Part shown: piece after piece, positions 11,727 to 21,388 of the stretch
How positions within the stretch are numbered: the stretch's first letter is position 1
How the letters are laid out: each line of letters opens with the position of its first letter
From: Zancudomyces culisetae HAW-14-8
Taxonomy: Eukaryota > Fungi > Kickxellomycota
Assembly: GCA_052426225.1 (NCBI GenBank)
Contig: JBNJNM010000021.1
Span: 372,001 to 436,000, forward strand
Reading direction: 5' to 3'
DNA length: 64,000 nt
Position numbers and translations under genes: made by a program
Notes under the pieces: generated by a model
Told to the model about the DNA's origin: nothing
Databases searched by the model: none
What the model saw: the letters and a program-made list of their open reading frames with translations, nothing else

Positions 11727-14457
11727 TTTGATTCGATTATTCCTGTTTTTTCTGAATGAAACTATTAAACCCTTTTAAAAGGTATATACTCGGTCTATTT
11801 ATTTGAGGGTAACCTCTTGAACTCGCCAATATATTGGAAAACAACAACAAACTTGTGTTTTTATATTACATTTATTTGGAATGACATCCACTTTAATTTG
11901 CTGACTGAAAATGGCCTTTGTTGGGGCGATATAAATTACTGCCAATTGTCATCCCAATTGGATTTCATTGACAGATATGCTTGTTGTTAATTTTTTCTAT
12001 TGTTTCTAAATCCAGCAGGAAAGCAGGCTAACAAAATTGGTAACAGCATTGTTGTAATTACATAAGGAGCTATAAGAACAGTAAAGAGAGCAAAGAATAG
12101 ATGTGAAATGGAATAATACTAGGTGCAGTAGTTAAGCGCAAGTAGAAGATCAATGTTCAAACCCCCCCCCCAATCTCTTTATCTAATAATGCTAAAAATA
12201 CACAAGCCTTTCCTCATCCACACAAACAATCGCTTTTGCATAATCAATCACAGCTTTTTCCTCTATTTTTTCTAATCTAAATTTGCCTTCCTCTTAGCTC
12301 TTTCACGACATAAGGCCTAATAATCGAATCGAAACTTGTGGAGTAACCCAATTCGTCTGTTCGAGCAGTAACTGACTCGATGACAATCTTAGTTAAATTA
12401 GAACCTTGTAATCAACCAGAGTTATTATTTGGTTGGTGGAGTTAGATTGGTGATGGGAATTTTTAAAATATGCTATTGCATGCAGAAAACATACTATTAC
12501 CCTCACCCGTCAAAAAAAAATAAAAATTCCGAAAATTCTGAAACGAAAGATGGGGAGAGGAGTATTAGAGATAGTCATCCCAGATTCAAAAGGGTATAAT
12601 CAATTAGTGGATATCCCCTCCCCCTTTCTATGTTGGTTATAAGTTTTTTACTTTTTGTACCAGAGTTTAGCTATAACGTCTCTATTAGTGCAGTATTTGT
12701 GTGTACTCATGATAAATGTAAAGCTCAGTATTCTTTGGTTTAGCCAATCGAATGCAAATGCGCTGCGTCCGCAAATTGTACTATAAACATAAAATAAGAA
12801 AGCAATAGACACAAACAATAGACAAGTTAATTCTGGAATAGACCTTAATAAAAAATGAGTTTACCGAGGTTATCCAAACTTGGAAATCTCAGCATAGGCA
12901 TTTCTTTGCTTGTATTTTTGGGGATTGACAATTGTGAATGAGTTTGTTTGATTAACCGTTTTTCGAAACTGGATTATTCCCAACCAGGGGAGGAGGGAGA
13001 TAGGGCCAGGTCAAAACAATAGCTTCAATTGTTTTTTGTTGCTCTTTATCGATAACAAATGAATGGACAAGGACTGCAAAGTAGAAACAACAACAAAAAT
13101 ATAAATAGAGTTTGGTGATTTCAAGGGTGTGGCAGATTACTTTATCAATTGCGCTTATTTCTTGGTATTTTGCTATAAAGTCCAATTCATACTTTTATTC
13201 ATTCCTCATGTCCTTTATGTTTTTTCCGTAAGGGACAGAGTAAGCTCGGCTTTTTTATGATTTTCTTTTTTTTTTGAGGAGAGTGGAGGAGGGGTAAAGA
13301 TGTGACCATTTTTCTTTGCAATCTCCTAAGAGGTGTGTGTGAATAAACAATTGCCAAGTTGAATGATATAGCCAAAACTCAATCTGAAACTGTAAATCCA
13401 GATCAGCATTCTTTCGGGGGAAAAATCAGTAAAGATAACAGAAACATGAGAAACGTTTTCTGTTTCAGTTTTAACAAGACACGGAAGATTGGGGGTAATT
13501 AAACTTCCGACTAAAAGTTGGGATTGTTAGTGGACATAGCCCGATTTTTTGTTAGCACCAAACCTTGACAGTATAAAGTTAGGAATGCATAGTAGATACG
13601 ACATGACTTGCCAGTCGTTACTAGCTGGCAAGATATTGACTTGGTGTTTGGATTGTCATCGTGTTTTGTTTTTATAAAAAATGAAAAAGAATACTCAAAA
13701 GGCAAGCGTAAAAGCTACGACACAGGTATAAGTGGTCAAAAAAAACTTTTTGAGCTAATTAACACAAAATGGCGCTCCGATTCAAGCTTTTAGAGATGGA
13801 AACTCTGTGTTTGGGAAAATGTAACCAAAGAGTAGATTAAATTATTGGTATTTTTTTGAGCTCTGCAAACAAAACCAATTTTATCACGTGCATTCACGAC
13901 AACAAAGAATAAAAAGTAACAGAAAGCACATTTAATTTACTTCTATTTAATTTGCGAGGATGGGAGCGTCAAACACGAATCGCTGATAAGCTACGTTTGA
14001 AGAAATGGCGCAATAAGAGCCCATTTAAGCTTTACACAGGCCATTCTTCTTCCATTTTAAAAAATGACAGAGGGGAATGACCTAGCAACAACACTAAATT
14101 ATAAATTTGCGACAATTAGCGACACAAAGATTAAAAATTATTTGATCCGTTTATGCCCTAGACTCGAATTAGAAATGCACCAAATATACTTGAAAATCAA
14201 CCACATCTTGTAGTTAGTAACAAGCAACAACACCAAAAATGCAAACATATGTTGAGTATAAAACAATGGTCCATGAGGGTAGCTGTTGTCAAATAACAGA
14301 ATGGTATTGGTATCAAAGCCATGGTAATGTATGAATGTATCAAAAACAAACAGTTAAAACGTGTACATGGGAAATCAAAGTCGCAAGAGCAAAAAAATAA
14401 TAATAGGCAACGTCAGTAACAGTCAGAACGTTTCTTTGAAAAATAGAAACGTTACTT

Positions 14458-15888
14458 TCATCTCTGACTTAAGAACGTAATGATATCAACAGGTGATTCG
14501 GCTATAACACTGGCATAGGGTGCGGCCGCATCGTTATACTCACATTTTATTAGTATTGATGTTGCACCAGCATATTTTCCACATTGCATATCATCCATGC
14601 TGTCTCCAATCATCAGCAGCTCGGAAGAGTTCACATTCTATAATGCGTAAAATTAAACAAAACATGTAGAGATACTCACCCCTTCAACCACAAACCAAAT
14701 AAAACAACATTCAGAAAAAGCAAAAGTGTGTTACCCATAAACCCGCTATGTGGTGTAATAGTGTTGGATCTGGCTTCAAAATGCCAAAGTCGCGAGTAAT
14801 AATATGATCAAATGCATGTTTTTTGCCATTTGATTCAGCTGGAATAACAGTATTGAGCATATGATTCACAGAGTCAATATTGTTGTTTGTAATTATTGCC
14901 TTGGGGATGCCCTTATTATCTAAGAGCTTTATTTTTAAGCATTTTGTTAGAAGTTCGTTGCGTGTGTTAATGTAAATAAATGTTAAACGTGTTATATGAC
15001 CGAATCGTATAAGAATGTTGATACCAAGACAAAAGCTCACTTAAAAAACAGCTTACATCAAGCAAATCCAGAATTCCTATTACGTGAGTTAATAGTAAAG
15101 TTAATACCCAGGTAAGAGTTTAAAATGTGATCAAGAAACCATAGAAGAAATAAGGTAAAAACAATCAGGAAATGACAAATATTTGCTTTCCAATTATTTG
15201 GTGTAGCTAGTTACCTGGACGCATTTGCATATTCAACATAGCTTCGTTTTCTATCTCTAAGATAACTTTGAATGCGTTGACCTTTTCTTCCGGTGAAAGT
15301 GTTTCTACGCTTTCTAAAACGGGAATGTCTAGCGGAAGGCCTAAAGTTTCTTTTATCTTTTGGAGATATTTCTATTGTTTACGAGGTTCGGACAACCAAA
15401 TAGCTGTTATGTGTGTGTGTATTTGTATGTGTAAAGCAGTCTTGTAATCAACGTATATACACGCTTAATATATACATGTATTTTTTGAATTTGCAGTGTT
15501 AATTCATTCTAGAACAAACCTTTTATATACCCTTAGAATACAACAACTTACATTTATGGGCATGATCAGAGTTCCATCCATCTATGAGAATAAAATGCAC
15601 AAACCTTCGAATTACATCATAAAAACAGAAACATGTGCTATGGAGGAAATTTTCTAGAAGGGTTTCGATCTATAGATTATTGACAAAGTAGAATCTTACA
15701 TCGAAAACAACCCCCTTGACCAATTTAGGCGGGTTTGCCCCAGAATTACCATTTTTGCCGCTAGGCGCGTCGTTTTCATCGACATTTGAACTATTTTTAG
15801 TGTGAAAAGATGACCCCATGACTCGAGAACTTAGTACCTTTCTCCTTATTCCGTAAAAAAACCTGAATGCAGTAGACAGTTGTGGCAT
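14458..15888 (-). CDS. HAD-superfamily hydrolase with probable mitochondrial presequence; about 6 exons including a 30-nt exon
   Basis: Spliced motif I GVVFD|MDGTL, motif III KPDP and motif IV MIGDSMDDMQCG; TGA stop at 14458-14460. Confidence 0.88.
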
Positions 15889-15943
15889 TTAAGTTTTTTT
15901 TTTTGGTGCAATATATCAATGTGTTTATGCTAATTAAAGTGTC

Positions 15944-16006
15944 ATAAAAAGCATACATTCGCCGGTTCGAGTTCGGCAGAAATAAAAAAAATAAAAAGCA
16001 TACATT
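15944..16006 (+). mobile_element. Tiny tRNA-derived retroposed fragment (T-arm plus A-rich tail) flanked by a 16-bp direct repeat
   Basis: ATAAAAAGCATACATT at 15944-15959 and 15991-16006 flanks C-GCCGG-TTCGAGT-TCGGC-AGAAATAAAAAAA. Confidence 0.5.
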
Positions 16007-16703
16007 ACCTGCATGTTGATTGGTAATTAATTACTGAAAAATTTCCATACATTGGCCTTGACCTGTTTCAGCAAAAGAAAAATATGGAGTTTTGAAACCA
16101 TTTGGGAGAAGACGTTTTTCAATATAAGTTCTTGGTACATGTCGTTTACTTTTTTTAAAAAGCTCAGGGTTTTACACGCAAAATTTCGCTAACAAGGATG
16201 ATGGTATTGAGCCACAATTAAAACTTGAGGTGGAGTAACATGAAGGTCGTAAAACCTAACACAGCGCAAATACAGAACCACCGGTACCAAAAAAGGCTGT
16301 TAGTGTATCTGTAATGGGCATAGCATCTCTCCCTTCAACTACAAATAAACAAGCCATGTTTAATATTTGAACTTTATAAATACGTGAGATAAATGCTTAC
16401 GCTTATATACTATAGTAATACTGAGTGTACAAAGGGCTTTTTTACTTTTGCTAAAAATCAAAATACTAGCCTTGCTTTTCTCATCTATTTTGCAACTATG
16501 TAAGACCAAATATATCTAGTTGCTCAGATTTGAGCTGATTAGTATCGGCATCAAAGGAAGCTAAAAATTGGTTGCTAACCAACCCATAAAAAGACAAAAA
16601 AAACTGAACTTCGTTTATAATAGAGTAGTTACAACATTAGAATGTAATAAAAATATATCATATCACGCTGGTTGAAGTTCCACAGACCCTTTTTATTCTT
16701 TCC

Positions 16704-17028
16704 ATTTTACCTGCCATAAAAAGAAAGAGTACATCGGAAGAAAGGTACTCTAGCTGACTGTGTAATGGTCATTGATGTGTTCAGCTGCACTTGGATCATA
16801 TTTCGCCTAGCTACTTGAAACAGCCAGCTTGGGTTAGTCAGATGATTTTAGAATCCAAAGCCAGGACCAATAAAGACTCGTAAAATGACAAGTAGAGTGG
16901 GAATTGGCTAGTTGGCACTTCTCATGAAGAATTTTGTGGGGCTGAGAACAAAGCAAGAAACCGCAAACAAACGAACCGTTTGTTAGCATTCAGCTTTAGG
17001 CAGAATTTTTATATGTCAACTAGTGACA
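16704..17028 (+). ncRNA. U1-like spliceosomal snRNA, expanded, with a variant 5' end
   Basis: 5' ATTTTACCTG; SL1 AGAGTAC/GTACTCT with loop ATCGGAAGAAAG; SL2 with TGCAC in its loop; closing helix CTGCC/GGCAG followed by Sm-like AATTTTTA and a small 3' hairpin; alternative Sm-like site AATTTTGTGG at 16930-16939. Confidence 0.6.
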
Positions 17029-17093
17029 AGAGATTTGTATAAGTATAGTAATAATTCACAACTCTTTTAGCATAAAGTAGGTTTTTGGTCAAA

Positions 17094-18450
17094 ATGGAAG
17101 CCTTGATTCCCAAACAAATACAATTAACCATAAAGGATCTGGAAAAAAAGACAAATTTGCAAATCGACGAGGTATATTACGAGTTTGAAGATGAGGAAAC
17201 GCCACTCCCGATAAAGCTAATACAAGACAAAAATATTGTTTTTGTGGTAGATTTGACTGCCAAAGAAATAGCAGACACAGGTAGCAAAGATGAAAACACT
17301 ACCATTGCACCCGTCACTAACATGGGTTCGGACGATGAGACCATTCCTCAAACAGTTAAGGAAGTTGCAGGAGCGAATATAAACAAAACACTTCCAAATG
17401 TATTTGCGATAAACAAGAACAGATTATTTTCACATATAGGAAGAGCAAGTACAGAAAAGCCACGACATTCCAGTAATTACGATAGTATTAATGACAGCGA
17501 AGCCAATAACTTGGATAAAAGGTGGAATATAAACGAGGATAATGAGGCCGAAAGGAAAAGTATAAGAGAACGTATGTTTTACAGCCACGACCAACCCACA
17601 ACTTCTTGTGATAAATCATTACACGAAAAAAATAAAGATACATCTAAAAAGGTACTAGCTTTGCAGGCAAAGAATGTGATATCAAACTCGAGCGACTATT
17701 TAGTGACGGATTTTAGCAACATGGTGGTATCAGCAAAACAGGGAAGTAAAAATCAGAGAACAAAAGAAAAAGAGAGTAATAAGGAGAGTGGGTTGCACCA
17801 GGAAGACGGAATTTCTAATAATGAGTACCATGATATTGGTTCAGGATATAGATTGGAGATTGATGTAGACGTAGTTCACAACCTGAGGTAAGAAAATTTG
17901 TCTTGACAGGTTTATTGTGTGTATATGTATGGTACTATAAGAAAAAGAGTATTGAGTCGTGTACGTTGCTTATACACATTTTTTGTGTTTTAGTATTTAA
18001 TATGAAATGTGAAATAATATATTGAAATATATGGCAGTACGAAGCGAAAAAGCAAAGTAAAGACGCTATTAGAGTATCAGAATGAGCTGAATAAAGAAGA
18101 AGAAAGAGAATCCGAATTTGGATCAAAAGAACAGCAAAAGATAGGAGGAGTGGATAATAATGGTAGCGATGGAGGTGGCAGCAAAGATCTTCACGCGGCT
18201 GCAACCAAAGACTTGAGCACTTCAAATGTAGAAGAGGTTTTACTTCGGCTTCAGGATGAGTTTGATCTTTTGGCCAAAAGGTAAGGAATAGTGGCAGCTC
18301 ATATTATATATTCATTAGATGTTCAAGTGTTGTATTCTGATTGAAGAGGGGAGGAGGAAAGCAACGGCTAAGCATTGATGTATGTGCTAACAAGCAGATA
18401 AATTACAATTATATAGATCCAAAGCTATTATTGGAAACTTTGAAAATTAA
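17094..18450 (+). CDS. Hypothetical protein, weakly Atg31-like; 3 exons (17094-17887, 18038-18280, 18417-18450)
   Basis: GT-AG introns keep frame; VYYEFEDE, VFVVDL, SNSSDYLV and a C-terminal helix EFDLLAKR recall Atg31-type blocks separated by low-complexity inserts. Confidence 0.6.
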
Positions 18451-18768
18451 AAGGGAATCCATTCAGTCTTTAGAAATAGTTTCTTTTCCCCAACAGAATG
18501 AAAACTGGTCATAAAAACAGCAAAGGAGTAATAAACCAACTGTATCATAAAGTGAGGTGGAATCAAATATACAGCAGGAACCGAGTTGGCATTTTTGTGG
18601 TTGTATGTATCTGTTGACCTTTGTTTATTCGTATAAACATATGTTGAATTGTGTTGTGATATTAAATGAAAAATACAAAATTCAACAATAGTTTGAAAAG
18701 TATCCTACTAATCACTCATGTTTAGTCGACTAGCAAAGAAAAAAAAAACATGGATAGATTATTATAGG

Positions 18769-19695
18769 CTAATGATTTAAGGTAATTGTGAAAAGCAAGT
18801 CATTTTGTAATCCAGTGATAATGGAAAACCCAGTAAGATCTAAAGTGACTTTATCCAGGTAATGGGTTCTCGAGCTTGTGGTGGCTTTGGATTTGGGATT
18901 AGAGTCGTCTCTAACTGAGATGGATGCCAAAGAACCAGTATTACTATTGTGGGTATCGTTGCCCTTGTTGATTGCTTGGCTGGAAGACTCCTCAAACCTG
19001 TCTCCATTATTTGTACCAATGTTCAGGTTGCTATTGCTATTGCTATTGCTACTACTGCTATTACTTATATAGAACCCATTGTTACCGTTATTGGTATTGA
19101 TGATATTACTCGCGTTTGCAATTCCATGACTGTTATTATTCTTCGAAACATTACCTATTTAGCACGTTTGTATATTAGTATTTTAGTGAAAAATATACTT
19201 TTAGGATTAGTGGTGGTACAAATAAAGCTCGTAATATTACCAATATTGTTGGCGCTGCCAGTATTGCGACCAGCGGTTGTAGAGGTAGAAGTACAAGAAT
19301 CTATAATTGACAAAAGCTGGGCAGATTCATTCACAAGAGTAGAGAGCTCAATTAATTGTGCCGAATCAAATAATCCTGCCTGGTTTTGCTATGTAAATAT
19401 AATATATACACACTCGTGTTAATCTACAAGTATTATTCCCCGCAAGAAAAAAAAAACAAAGCGCATTTGATGATTATTATCATTTGAAAGGAAGGGGTGG
19501 GGGGGGCTGACTTACTCGCAACTTTTCACCACTTTTGGTGTATATGGTGACGGAAGATACATTTGGAACTGCCGCTAGTTGATTATATATGTCGTCCACA
19601 GCGTCATTCTGTACGTTTGTGTTGCTACTACTTTTGCTTGCGCTTATGGTTTTTTCCAAAAAATCATTATTATTTGGGCCGAAATTTGAATTCAT
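18769..19695 (-). CDS. Roadblock-fold protein, LAMTOR4-like, with a long Asn/Ser-rich insertion; 3 exons
   Basis: Spliced ...IYNQLAAVPNVSSVTIYTKSGEKLR|QNQAGLFDSAQLIELSTLVNESAQLL...[N/S-rich]...LDKVTLDLTGFSIITGLQNDLLFTITLNH*; only exon 1 appears in the ORF track. Confidence 0.6.
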
Positions 19696-20119
19696 CGTTT
19701 TCAATATGTATACTGTTAAGCTGTCCTGAGGCGTGACAAATAAACACGTTGTTAAAGTACAAGTTTTAAAATTTAAATTGAAATTTGACAGCAATTGTTT
19801 GCGTCAAGTACATGTTATGTATAGCTTTATCTATTCACGAAAATGATGACTATTATTTTGAGTAAAAGGAAGGGATTTAAGTTGTGAGAAAAAGCGTGTG
19901 TGTGGAGTGAGGTGGAGTTACACAAATATGTTGAAATCACGCTTTTTTTTCTAAACCGCACGTAAAATAAATCGTGCGAATTAAAAAAAATTTTTGTATC
20001 GAAAAACATTGCATAAAAAAATTACTCAAAACGAGCTTAATGAGTGTATATTTGTTGATTCATATTCCAAGAGAGTCATCAGCATTCAATCAACACGGCT
20101 TTTAATAGAAATATAACAA

Positions 20120-20192
20120 AGAGCGAAAGAGAAAGAGAAAAAGAAAGAGAAAGAGAAAGAGAAAAGAAAAGAGATAAAAATAAAACAGAAAA
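20120..20192 (+). repeat. Polypurine (GAGAAA)n-like tract just upstream of the ATG at 20195
   Basis: agagcgaaagagaaagagaaaaagaaagagaaagagaaagagaaaagaaaagag. Confidence 0.8.
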
Positions 20193-20194
20193 GT

Positions 20195-21388
20195 ATGGAT
20201 TTAAAGAGAAAAAATCCACAAGAAGAATCGCAACAGCAAGTAGAAAGTGCAAATAGTATGGGTGCAAATATGGATATTGACAAATGTACTAGCGAATCGG
20301 GTGAAAACGTGAATAGCACCGGCGAGTTTGAGAGAGAATTGAGTACGACTGTCGATGCAACTAATGCTGACAAGATGATTGAGGCAAAATCCAAACATTT
20401 CAAATCGTACCATCAAAATCAAGACAAAGCTCACCACCACACACTATTGATACAGCAAACGCCTATGGATAAAAACAAAAATAAGAGTGTTGAGGAACTG
20501 GATTTGGAATACAAACGTAACGTAGATAACTATCTCTTCCGATATTTTAACCATGTATATAGGGAGCCGCAACCAGAACAACAAAGCTTCTCAGTACTGA
20601 CAATCCCGCTATCGATACGGATTTTAACCGAGGCTAAGCCTGAACATAGGCAAAGCCAGACAGATATTGATAAAAATTTGTGTATCGAGGTAGATGTTGG
20701 CAATAATGATGCTGTGGGTGGACAAAGCGATATAAAGAAACGATTCAACTTGGAGTTGCGTGTGATCAACTATTATCTGTACTCACCTAATGGATTATGT
20801 ACTATTTGTGCTAAATGTGAAATGTCAGCAAATGATGCGGGTACTTTTGTGGACCAGCAACCTGAAAAGGATCATGAATATGAATTTGATTGTGTTTTGG
20901 GATTTAAAAACAAAATACAAGACCACGTTTCATTTCAACATACAAAGAATGAAAATGGTGGAGAAAATGGTCAAAAGGGAGGCGAAAAGGGGGCTAGAAA
21001 TAGAAATAAGGGTAGAAATAGAAAATTTAAAGGTAACAAGGTAAAGGATTCCAAGGCGATAATGGTGGATTTTGCACGAGAGGTAGTTATGGGCGAGATC
21101 ATGTGGATCAAAATAAGAGTAACTGACAAGAGCAGTGGACGAACTGTAGAGGATAGGATAGACATACCGGATGGAAGAGGTCTTGTAAAGTTTGGAATAA
21201 ATGGTACATTGGTGGACTTTGAATCAGAATCTGAAACTGTATTAGAATCAGAAAATAACAAGACAGAAGCTGAAAAGAGTAAAGAAAAAGAAATGGTAGT
21301 AAATAAAGGAATAAATAAAAAATATATAGCTATAGTAATACCAAAAATAAAGGAAGAGAGCCGAATGGAAGAACTATCTTCGTTCTAG
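20195..21388 (+). CDS. FAM206A/Simiate (ABITRAM)-like protein with insertions
   Basis: Collinear blocks YLFRYF, YLYSPNGLCTIC, NKVK, GTLVDF and YIAIVIPK match the FAM206A pattern from memory. Confidence 0.65.
   Translation: MDLKRKNPQEESQQQVESANSMGANMDIDKCTSESGENVNSTGEFERELSTTVDATNADKMIEAKSKHFKSYHQNQDKAHHHTLLIQQTPMDKNKNKSVEELDLEYKRNVDNYLFRYFNHVYREPQPEQQSFSVLTIPLSIRILTEAKPEHRQSQTDIDKNLCIEVDVGNNDAVGGQSDIKKRFNLELRVINYYLYSPNGLCTICAKCEMSANDAGTFVDQQPEKDHEYEFDCVLGFKNKIQDHVSFQHTKNENGGENGQKGGEKGARNRNKGRNRKFKGNKVKDSKAIMVDFAREVVMGEIMWIKIRVTDKSSGRTVEDRIDIPDGRGLVKFGINGTLVDFESESETVLESENNKTEAEKSKEKEMVVNKGINKKYIAIVIPKIKEESRMEELSSF

Noticed and set aside
12952-13185. 77-aa minus-strand ORF with an acceptor-like TTTGCAG
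   Set aside because: TTG start, no homology and no consistent exon chain; may be part of a UAP1 5' UTR
15961-15977. Complete tRNA gene
   Set aside because: Only the T-arm is present; no acceptor, D or anticodon arms
16752-16800. SRP RNA (TGTAATGG) or U3 box A (GGATCAT) look-alikes
   Set aside because: No SRP helix-8 motif and no full set of U3 boxes; the U1 elements explain the region better
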